The notes under the pieces are model-generated. The model ran no database searches, was not told the origin of the DNA, and saw only the letters and a program-made list of their open reading frames with translations. 20,000 nucleotides of DNA from Spirogloea muscicola (taxonomy: Eukaryota): assembly GCA_009602725.1 (NCBI GenBank), contig WELB01000012.1, positions 925,232 to 945,231 of the forward strand, read 5' to 3'. This document shows, one piece after another, positions 10,186 through 20,000 of the stretch. Numbering within the stretch: position 1 is the first letter of the stretch; each line of letters opens with the position of its first letter. The position numbers were made by a program, and so were the translations under genes.

Positions 10186-10949
10186 GAAGCACTATGTCGA
10201 TTGTGGCAATACACTCGATTGTGGCCCAGGAGTTTTGTGTTAGCCCTTGAGCAAGTACTGGCTCCAGTACAGGTGAATTAATAAGGATTGTTTCTCTTTA
10301 GTGAAGTAGCATTTGTGCTTGCTGACATTGTTGTCATATTTGCTTGAATGTGAATGTTGACTCCATGAGGTCAACTATCAATAGATTATTACTGTTCCAT
10401 CAGGGCCAATCTCTGAATTTGGCAACCTCACATTACTTGAAAATTCTGTAAGGGAAAGCTAGAAGCAGCAGCGTCTGTCCCCAGCGGCAAGACAGCATCA
10501 AATTGACACAAACATTTTTGTGAACATCAAGTGAGTTGTATTAGTACATTTTATCCATGATTGGAATTGAGGAGCTCTATTTTGGAATTCTGCGGCTGCA
10601 GGCAAGTACCTCAATTGGTACAGTGCCTTCTAACTCCAAGAGTCACCATTACAATGTCGTCATTGGTATATTGCCATCTTCTGAGGATGTAAATGACTGG
10701 AACGAGTAGCATAGGAAATTAAACTGCCGGCCTGTCAAGCTGGAGATCACAAGCCCGTTCCTTCGTGCTTTGTGGAGTGGTGATGCTGGCACGCAAGGCA
10801 GAGGTGCCTGACCCCTGACCATGCCAACTATGTGTTTTGCAACTCGCACATTTACATGTGCTTCTCAGTCGAGAGGCCTGAGATGCATGCAATCTATACA
10901 AAGCCTAGCCCAAGAGGAGCTTAAGGCAAGCCTCTACCGCAAAGTCCCA

Positions 10950-13659
10950 TTAGCAGGAGCATCCCAAGGTTCTGGCAGCTGTGTTTCCTACGCCGACAAC
11001 ATGTCCATTCAGACAACTGCTGGCCGGTGGCATGATGATTCGCCTGCGCTTCTTTTTGTTTGCCAGCCTGCAGACAATGACAGGCATCAAGCGTGACTAA
11101 TGAATGCATCATGAAGCAAGCTGGCCGACTGGAAGGTTTTATGAGAAGTCGTGCATGTGCAACAACCACATACCCACTGCAGTGTCTACTAGCTGATAAC
11201 ACGACAAGTAGAGCAGTATTCAAGCCAGCAGATGCATGGTCAAAGAAACTGACACAAGTGAAAATGCATACTTGATTGCGGAGAAGAACGCCTCAACAGC
11301 CGGCTGCTGCTCCTTGGAGAAGCTCGACCACCTCTCCAATACCGTGGCCGAGCCTTCCTCAACGTCGTGCCGCAGGTCTGCATCCGAGTCCGAGCACCGC
11401 AGACCAAGGACGTTCCGCATTACAGGAACACAACTGAAGCTGCCTAAGGCTCAAGCCATGTCCTGCGCAATCTCCACGCTGTGCAGACTACAAACTGTTG
11501 ACAAGGCTGTGGGCGCCCAGGCGCACTTTGCATGAGGAGCTCGGAGCTGTCGCGGAAGCCGCGCAGCTGCCAGAAGCTGCGGCCCTGGTCGTCACGGTGG
11601 GCAGCCCGTGTCCGGACCATGTCCATGGCTGCAGCATCTGCCTCGCCTCACAAAGTGCACGGCACTCTCAGCCTCACCTGGCTGTCTGTCCTCCTTGCCT
11701 AATGCTTTTGTGTGTGAAGAGCTTCGTCAGAGGCAAGGGAAGGCATCGAGTGCCTCTGTGCTAGCAAGCACGCTCACTTGGAGGAGCTGCCCTCTGTGTA
11801 ACCGTGACCTGCTCCTTCAGGCTTATGGTGGAGCTGCCCTCCCGCACGCCGCCGCTGTGCAGGAACTTGGCGAGCTCCATCGGCTTACCCTTGGCCATGT
11901 TCTCCTTTGGTTGACACCAAGTCAAGCGCGAGACTGTCAGCAATGACCTGCATTTGTCACCAAGCTAGCAAGCAGCTGCACTCTAGAGATCCACCAATTC
12001 ATCAGCAATTCGTCGCGCATAGGTATGGTGCAGCAAGCAATCCACCTCCCGTCGCTGGCCAAGCAGTCTCTTGCGCGACTTGTCCTGCTCGTTCACAGCG
12101 GCATTGATGCGGCTACGGAATGTTCTGCATGCCCGTAAGTCAAGCTGCAGTGAATTTGTGTCTGGCCATTAAGGTGGCAGCCTCTCTGCAGCCGAGTTGC
12201 TGAATCAAGACCTCAACAATGAATGTCCTTGTTGTGGTACTCGGACTATTGACAAAATGAGACTTTCCTGGCCTGGTTGATTTGCAGTTTGGACTGCCTC
12301 AAAGCTGCACTCACTCAGTGCCGAGCGCGTCCTCACAAAGCATGCGGAGCAGCGCGGCCTTCTCCTCCAGCGCCAGCAGGCCGTAGCCTGACGGCCCTTC
12401 ACCAAGGTGTCGGGCCACGCGGGTGACGTCGTCGTCGCCACCGCCTCCTCCATCATCGCCCACTGCCTTGGAAAGGTGTGAAGCGGCGCCGAGCCCACTG
12501 TTTGGTAAATCGGACATGGTGGACGTCAAGCATGGGCTCCGATCGTCCTCCGGAACCTGGACGACCGCAAACTAGCAGGACACAGAGCAAACCCAGAACT
12601 GAGTGAGCTGAAAAGCGCGGACTGTAATCTGGCAACAGGCAGCTGGAGAGCAGGTAAGGCGACAGCATCATATTTTAATTATTTCATTACTAGAATTTCT
12701 TCTCACATCACTATTTAACATATATAGCATTGGAGGTAACCTCGGCGTTGGCCAAAGTGGGCGCCGCAGTGGCGGCCATGGTGGCGGGCCGGCTCCAGCC
12801 GCCTGGCGGGCACGGCGTGGCCTCGAGGTGCCGCCTCAGCAGCTGCATCCAGGCGCCCTGGTCCGCGAAGCCGGCCGCTGGGTGGCCCCTGCCCATGGCC
12901 AAGGCTCAGGCTCTCGTCTCAGTGACCACCGCTGTTACCATCATAGAAGGCCCCAATGGCGGCATTGGCATTCTCCATCAACGCGCCATGTGCCAAAACC
13001 CATCAAGCATGGTGCGTGGAGACTGGAGGCTGCACTTAGTCGAGGCGGGGCGGCGGCAGACGGCCGCCAGCAGCTTTTGGTGGACTCGCACGAGCGCCGA
13101 CTGGGCGCCGCGCCTGGCCGCGGCGGCGTGCTCGAGCTCCTGCACCATGGCCTGCGCCTCGCCAGCCCTGACGCCCACAACCTGCAGTGGCAATAACAGT
13201 GGCAGGCAATGAGACTCGCGGGTTGTCACAAAGCCGTGTTGGCACTGGTTAGACGCCACTAACCTCGCCAAAGGCCGCGAGGAACTCCACGACCTGGAGC
13301 AGGTCGCCGACTGCGGCTGGCGGGAGCGCGATGCCGGCCACCTCCGCCGCCTCCAGGCCTGGCGGGAGCGCTGCTGCCCTGCTTCCGCTGGCCGCCATTG
13401 GCGTCAAACTGGGCGACCTCGCTCTCCGCTTCAGCCGCCGCTGCCGTCCCAAATCTTCGGCGACGACCTGTCCGGGGCTGTGCTCTGACGGGCCCGTGTG
13501 ATCGTCGCAACGATTGGCGGTCTTCCCATTGAAATGCAGCATCGTCTCTGGCTTCGAGGTGCGGCCTCTGCCGTCTGCTGTCGCCGAGCCGCTGGGAGAG
13601 CCACTGGGAAAGCCACTGGGGGAGCCTGTGTGAGAGCCACTCGCGCCGCGAGCCGCCAT
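10950..13659 (-). CDS. DDT-domain / WHIM1 / WSD-like chromatin protein resembling the C-terminal part of plant zf-4CXXC_R1 (CDCA7-related) DDT proteins; 5' end uncertain
   Basis: Exons ...-13264 (LPPGLEAAEVAGIALPPAAVGDLLQVVEFLAAFGE), 13181-13036, 12888-12741 (AWMQLL), 12556-12315 (GYGLLALEEKAALLRMLCEDALGT, WHIM1-like), 12124-12046, 11904-11778, 11637-11527 (VRT...DDQGRSFWQL), 11377-11272 (ERWSSFSKEQQPAVEAFF) and 11067-10950 (KKKRRR...*). Phases are consistent. A candidate ATG in gccgccATGG context is at 13659. Confidence 0.8.
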
Positions 13660-14289
13660 GGCGGCCGTGGTCGGAGCTCCCGCCGCGGCGCCGCGCAGTG
13701 GGGATGCGACGGTGGGGAACGAGGGGCTTTTGGAAAGGGGGCTAACGGTCAAAGGCACGATGGTCCCGCCACGTTCGAAAGTTCGGGCGTCCTCGTCGGG
13801 CCGCGGCGGGCGGGCCCCCGTTCCGCCGAGCGCCGTCTGCCTACGGGGCGCCGCCTGCCGCTCACCCCATTGGGCTCCTCGTTCCGACCGGCAGCGCGAG
13901 GACGGGAGGCCCCCTGCTCGTCGTGGCCCGCAGAGGACGAGTTCCCGCCCTGCCGGGCACCCGAAGGACCGGCGCTTGCGCGCCTCGTTGATGCGGGGCC
14001 TCGATCCCCGCTTGTCCCAAACCCCGTGAGGCAGCCGCTTTCCGCTTCACGGCGTTGTCGGACCTTGTCCACCTTTGCTGGTCTGGCCGTTCCACGGCCA
14101 CTCTCTTCGTGCTGGCTTTCACAGCCCTCGCCCCCTTCGGCTGACTCGTGGTTACTGAGCGGGTCAGCTTAGCAGCAGGTGATGTACATCTGTCAATGTG
14201 CTTGCCTTGTACCTGGCCACTCAGGCCCTCCATCACTCAATACAGACTCAATTCCTTTGGAAGAGCTTACTTCCAGAGCGCACCGTTGC

Positions 14290-14610
14290 CAATGAAATCA
14301 TCGCAGGTGTGACTAGCCGCTCCAGTCGGGCGCTCTCAGCTTCCACGGCTGGGCATGCAACAGCTTACGGCGCTCGTGGCAAGGAGGCCAAGTACGCAGA
14401 CCATCCGGAAGGGGACAAATCCGATACACTGGCCGTCGATGTCCATTGGGTATTACGTTCTCAGTGGCTGGACCCGGCTTGTGCGACGCGCGATGTCCCG
14501 ACGCACGGCGGGCCCGCTGACTTCAACGCCGCTGGCGTGCAAACGCAGGTGTTTCGTATGCGCCTTATCTGCGAGCTGGCCATGATCAAGTTTCTGACCG
14601 CGGCAAAGGG
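14290..14610 (+). mobile_element. Degenerate remnant of the C-terminal restriction-like endonuclease region of a CRE/R2-type non-LTR retrotransposon
   Basis: The ORF reads IIAGVT...ASTAGHATAYGARGKEAKYADHPEGDKSDTLAVDVHWVL...VQTQVFRMRL. This follows the DVT...G.AA..A...K..KY....D.F.PLAVE..G.L...RQRLS pattern I recall for these elements. No RT domain, tail or TSD is seen. Confidence 0.6.
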
Positions 14611-15196
14611 ACTGCTTTTTGGCTACTTGCCTTTTGACTTGGCTGCCAATTATGGGTTTCTGAGCAACTATACTTCATAACACTTACATGATTGTGAGAC
14701 TAAGCCAATTCCGGCCCATTCGGATCATGTCCATTCCATTTGGGCTGGCCTCTCACAGCCCTCACCTCTTCTGAAGGAGCTGCTTTCTTTCACAACATTG
14801 CCACCTTTTGACACAACCACTGTTTGCCACTCCTGATGAGTCTCCCCAACATCGCGTAGAACGCAAAAGCTGCTCTCACAAAGGCCACCTCAAATTTGGT
14901 ATCTTTCACTATTTTGACCATCCAAAGCATTTTACATGTAGGTGTCTTGAAGACGCCAACTATCAATCAGTCGTCATGTAATACATTCTCTCGAGCCAGA
15001 AGCTAGTGTTCTGGTTTATGATGGGCTTGTTCGAATAATCGCATGTGGTGCCAATATTTTGCTAGGCAGTGTCAAAAAGGCATTAGCAAATCTCTACCAC
15101 TCTGCCGGTCCACTCTACAGTTGCCGGGCTCATGGCAACTCAACATGCATGTGCCGAGTTTCAAAAATGGGTTTGGACCTCTGCAATGCCCCTCGC

Positions 15197-18100
15197 TCAC
15201 AAGCGAGAGGCCAGCGCCACAGATGGGGCCAACCTGGATTTGGAGCTGTGTGCATGGTCTTCTTCCACACCTTCATCTGCCTCCGATGGAGGTACATCAA
15301 TGGCAGGCGACGCGTTGAAAAAACCGTCGGGCTGCAGAGGGTAAGTGACGGTGTCAACGCATATAGATGGCAGATTACACAGTGTAGAAAACTTTGAAGC
15401 TCTGTGGGATCAGCATGGCGTGGTCTATGAAGCGAGGTGAGGTGGAAATGAAGCAGAAAAGAGTGCCCCTGGACAGCCAACCCATACCAGTTGCAGGTAA
15501 ATGATATCCCACTAGCTGCATTGCAGGTCTGGCTTTAAGCTAATCCTGCTCCAGAAAGCAGACTGCACAAGTAGACACAGAGGTAAACTCACCGCTAAGG
15601 TGAAGCCAATGTGCTCAACAGGCATCACGGGCCAGTCCTCCAACCGTGGCACATGAGTGATCCCAAAGACATACCTGGCAACCAAGACAATAGCTGAGCT
15701 TTTGACGTCCCAAAATCAAGCCTCCCATCCCTGTCCTTAGGAAGCAAACTCCATAAGACCTGCTGATAATAATTTTTGACTCTGAAGGAGATGAAGGACA
15801 ATAATATATATTGAATATGTTGTGAGCACAGACACAGTACCGCGCTTTCTACTCATGAAGTCTACAGCTGATGCATATCATCGTAGAGTGTGGAGAACAA
15901 GGACGGACAAATTGCTTCAATGTAGCCACGACCTACTCTGTAATACTCAGTGAGCCTTAATATTTACACAGAACGGCCTTACCAGAGCACCAAGTCGGTG
16001 TCGACCAAAGACCTGTCTGCTTTGATCCAGGAGCATATGCCCTCACCCACTCTTGGATTCTGGTTGGGAAATTCGCCACCTGGGTACCTCTCATTCGGCT
16101 CAAACTTGGTCACCCACAAATTATGCTTGAGGAACTCTGCCCTCCTCATGAATTTCGCATCAGGATGAGCCAAAGGCAGCACATTTGCGCCAGGGATGAG
16201 CTTGTATCCAGTGGGCCTCCCCGTTCGGTTGACAGTTCGTGTATTTTGCACCTGTGTAAGCACCCAAACTACCTCATCTTCAATGTGTATACAAGTTGAC
16301 TGTGACAGGACCCTTCTTTGTGCACAAAAAATGTGATGTCTTCATACAAAGCGTGTCATGAAGCATCAAAGACTGTGGCATGAAGCACAATATGTGCACT
16401 TCAAACAAGCAGCAAATGAAAAATCACTAGCTTATTCCCATAAAATATCCGTTCTGCACTCTCTCCGAGTGCACCAGATACTATAATAAATACGTGAATG
16501 TTCGCAGTCAAGTCCCAAGTCATGACAACGACCAGACCCGGATCTGTGCCCCACTGTAAGCCTAACTTCAGTCTGTACTCAAGCGAGCATATTCACATCG
16601 TAAGCAGGGGCATAGCTGCGTCGTAGCAAAGCGCAGTACCGTCCAGTGACGAGCTGAAAGTGGGTCGCAATCCCTGCACCCTTGAAGTTCTGAAGCAAGG
16701 AGAGTTTGCTCCGCATGGAAGGCGTTCTTGTGAGGGTTCTCGGGGCCTGGCTCATCGACCTGCACGTTCCATTCCACAACCTGCTGACACAGCCAACAGG
16801 AGAAGCTGAGTTTCGAGGTATATGCTATACATCACTGCCGCCTCACTTGATGGATACCACAATGGGACCTGTGCCTTTTAACCAGCGACAAGCATTGCAA
16901 AATCTTTGCTACTAGTATATAACCATGCCAAACACAGATTAGACCATTTATACAGTGGTGTTTAGTTGTTTTGTGCTTTGCAGCTGACCTGATTGGACGG
17001 CTGCCCTGGCCTGGAGTCCACGGCCATGTTAAGCCTTGCCACAAAGAAGTGCTGGTGCACAGGAGCGTACAAACCAGGCGCAATCGTAGTCCCATGCTTT
17101 CTGAAGCTCTCATTCTCCTTGAGGGCTCCCAGGCTTAGGATGCCTGTCAATTTGACCTCCGCTTCTAGCTTCCCGTCCTGTTCAGGCGCACCACATAATA
17201 TATTCAGCTTCATCTGCTCGGTGTATAATGATCTCATGCACATATGATTTGAAAATTTATCACAACAGATACGTCTCAGGGCAGACAAAGTTGAGCATCT
17301 GTGGCAATTCCCCTACTGTGTACACATATCAAGATAGTAAGCAGAGTCAGCTAGAGCACAAGAAGGTCATAGAGTTGCTTGCAGCAGGTAAGAATAGTAT
17401 CACCACACAGATTGTTGCACATATACAATATATGGAGTAGCCTACAACCAGGTTCAGGAAGGGACAAATTACTTGGTAGAAGTACCAGAAGAAGCCGTAC
17501 TCATAATTAGCCACAGTGCAGAAGAAGGACATCACCAGCCGCCTCGACCGCCGAACCTCCGTCTCGCCCGACCTCCAGTCCATGTGCTTCCAGAGAACGC
17601 CCGCATCCTCCTCGTGCATGCACACGCAATTCTCGATGGTCTCCACGCCACCGCCAAAGTTGGAAAAATGCGCGTCCCAATAGTGGATGTGCCCCACACA
17701 GTCGCAGCCCTGCCCAGGAGGAAGCGCTGATCTGTGAGAGCTGCAGCTCGCGGCCAATAAGCTAAAGCAGAGGGAGAGGCAAGGTGCGACCAGGGAGAGA
17801 CAAGGCGCGACCAGCATACATAGTGGTCACTAGCTCGCAGACGAATGCATATAGGGTTTTGGATTTACGTTTAGGATTACGGTTTAGGGTTTGAGGGTTT
17901 AGGATCTAGGGTGTAGGCACATGCCGGTTTAAATGGTACAACAGGAGCACTTTGTTAACACCACAACACAGTACTGGTAACAAGAGGCGCGTATGACCTT
18001 CTTTAGTGAATTTGCATTCTTCCCAAGCCCATCCTCCCCAGCATCAAACGCGTTCTTCCTGTAGTGCGGCTCGCTGGGATCGCCATACGGGACTACCATC

Positions 18101-19844
18101 TCGCAGAAGCTCAGCCGGTTTGCAATGGTCCGCCTTCCTCGGCTTCCGTCATCATATGCCACACTGTGGAGCACGAGGCCCTCCCGCGGCGTGAAGCCCA
18201 CCCTGAAACTCCACTGCACGACAACAACAACAACCAAAACCGCATGCTGAGGGACTGAGAGTCCAGAACAAGTGTATGGCACAGATATTGACTACACAAA
18301 TTAGATCAAGCAATCAATCAATCCATGAGTCACTCACACTTTTGATTTACGATCTCCTTAAAACCATGTAAGACGTCTGCTACTAGCCATGCAACACAGA
18401 GCTCCAGTGGCGACTCCAGCTGCAATCCTGATGCAATTAGAGTACTCTAATTGGTCACAGTTGCTGGTCAGTGTAACATGGAGAGGCAGCCAGGAACGCA
18501 CCTTCTGCCAGTCAACCGCATGGCCTGTGACGCGGAAGCTCGGGCCCTCAGGCTGCGTGATGAGGAGGGGCCGGACATCGGCGCGATCAGGGAACGTGCC
18601 GCGGGAGCTTTCGTCTGTATAATTCCTTAGTGGGTCCGGCGGCGGCAGCGGCACGAGCTGCCGGTCTTCAAACTCCAGAATGCGCATGTGGCGCAGGTCG
18701 ACGAGGATGTGCAGGCCCTCCACCGGCCGCGCGTAGCCATTGTCGAGGAGCTGGCGCTCGCTGGGCGTTCGGCAGAAGACCAGCGGCTTCGCCAGGCGCT
18801 GCGCCGGGTCGTCCCGCTCGTCAAAATATCCTACACACCTGCGGACGTGCCAGCCTTAGACACAGCTACATGATAAATAGATCAATTGAGGCCCAAAGTG
18901 TATGGCCTCCGGTCACAGGCCATGAGCTGGTGCCTGAGCAATTGTCTGCTTTCTGATTTGATTACAGCAAGGTGAAAATTAGATGGAGGATTGAGCACAG
19001 GGTTGGTGCCTGCCGGCGATCTAGAGGAGGAGCAGTACCACGGGTCGACCATGACGAGCTCCATGTCGTCAACACCCCTCTTCCTCATTGCGTTGACAAA
19101 TGGGACGTGGGCCTTCACAACAGCCTCGCACTCTGCGTACTCCTCTGCATCCTAAGGGCCAGAACACACAGTAAAGCCTTTTGAGGTATTGCTGCAATGC
19201 TTAGTCCTAGGGCATACAGCCTGGACCGCCATTGTTAGTGTACACTATGCTCCTGTAAGTTTGTCAGACACACACACAAAATTGCAGAACTGTTCTCGTA
19301 CAGGTCTCTATGTACCGTGTTTCTGTACATGTTGAGGTCTGACGATGTGTGAGTATACATGAAGAAAGACAACTGACATATGACCTACTTGCACGTCTGA
19401 TTGAATGTACGTAAGCAATAATAGTACTCACTTTTGTGTTTAAAGCATGTTAGTATTGTTCTGCCTTAAACCTCACATACAGAACAATACAAGACGGATA
19501 GAACATCCCACTGGTATGCATGCGGTCCTCACCATGGGCGGTTGTACATCAGGAATGACCTCGGCACTCACAACCTTGCCACGGGAGTGGCCACTGCGCG
19601 GCGCGGCCTTGACCTCTAGGAGCTCCACGACCAGCACAGTCGTCTCGTTGGTCTTCTTGTTGTACAGGATCACACGGGCCTGGCGGTTGGGCAGGGCTGT
19701 CGGCGGCGCGGGGCCGCTCCGCGTGCGCTCGGGCAGGTGCCAGTCCTGCCGGAAGGGCGGGAAGAAGTGGGCATCGGCCATGGCCACCACGTCCTTGGAC
19801 GGCTCGTGCAGGCTGCACTCCACGATGCGCATTGCATCCCGGAC
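15197..19844 (-). CDS. Peroxisomal copper-containing amine oxidase (plant CuAO-zeta-like); first exon(s) beyond the window end
   Basis: Exons 19844-19533, 19151-19039, 18838-18502, 18213-17998, 17709-17473 (TVANYEY, TPQ motif), 17177-16989 (HQH copper ligands), 16780-16640, 16251-15983, 15674-15593 ([13 protein letters not shown]) and 15331-15197, ending ...ALASRL* (PTS1). Confidence 0.97.
17769..17814. repeat. 21-bp imperfect tandem duplication in a CuAO intron
   Basis: agggagaggcaaggtgcgacc followed by agggagagacaaggcgcgacc. Confidence 0.8.
17852..17912 (+). repeat. Degenerate TTTAGGG-type array in a CuAO intron
   Basis: agggttttggatttacgtttaggattacggtttagggtttgagggtttaggatctagggt, with roughly 7-bp periodicity, inside intron 17710-17997. 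Confidence 0.8.
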
Positions 19845-19855
19845 CTGCAGGCGCT

Positions 19856-20000
19856 CAGAGAGAGGAGGGAGGGGAGGTGGAGGTGGGAGAGAAGGCGGGG
19901 ACAAGGGGGGACAGAGAAAAGAGGTGGAAAGGAAAGGGGGGAGGGGGGGAGGGAAGGGAGGGAGGGAGAGATAGGGCGAGAGAGAGAGAGAGAGGGAGAG
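19856..20000 (+). repeat. Polypurine / (GA)n low-complexity tract (polypyrimidine on the CuAO sense strand)
   Basis: Almost pure G/A with GGGA and GA repeats, upstream of the acceptor at 19845-19847. Confidence 0.85.

Noticed and set aside
10197..10225. Repeated tcgattgtggc in the purU 3' UTR as a CRISPR-like or regulatory array
   Set aside because: Only two 11-bp copies; a trivial local duplication in a eukaryotic UTR.
12889..13035. Apparent in-frame stop suggesting the DDT gene is a pseudogene
   Set aside because: The acceptor gggcag| before 12888 joins the phase-2 donor at 13036 in frame (K-GHPAAGF), so the stop is intronic.
13498..14172. 224-aa and 123-aa plus-strand ORFs
   Set aside because: R/A/G/P-rich translations of very GC-rich DNA antisense to the DDT 5' region, with no recognisable motifs.
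3644..19844. One-carbon/amine metabolic gene cluster (methyltransferase + PurU + amine oxidase)
   Set aside because: NDUFAF5 is a complex I assembly factor, the CuAO is peroxisomal (SRL), and an unrelated chromatin gene intervenes. Nothing beyond proximity supports a cluster.
19447..19974. 175-aa plus-strand ORF and similar antisense ORFs over CuAO, purU and NDUFAF5 exons
   Set aside because: Shadows of real exons on the opposite strand plus low-complexity sequence.

Overview
Eukaryotic, intron-rich, gene-dense window whose proteins resemble land-plant homologues; a green-lineage (probably streptophyte algal) origin is an inference. Homology calls come from my recall of family motifs, not from database searches. 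By manual splicing I reconstruct four apparently intact genes: an NDUFAF5-like SAM-dependent methyltransferase-fold gene (-), formyltetrahydrofolate deformylase PurU (+, head-to-head with NDUFAF5 across a 486-N gap), a DDT/WHIM chromatin protein resembling plant CDCA7-related DDT proteins but with no visible zf-4CXXC (-), and a peroxisomal copper amine oxidase ending in SRL (-, 5' end outside the window). Decayed or foreign material lies between them: a truncated organellar Phe-tRNA synthetase copy, an intronless frameshifted Cys/His-finger + DEDDh 3'-5' exonuclease gene of probable viral or mobile origin (the most unusual item), and a remnant of a restriction-like-endonuclease (CRE/R2-type) non-LTR retrotransposon. 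Several introns carry degenerate telomere-like T(T)TAGGG arrays, all G-rich on the + strand, and one intron has a GC donor.
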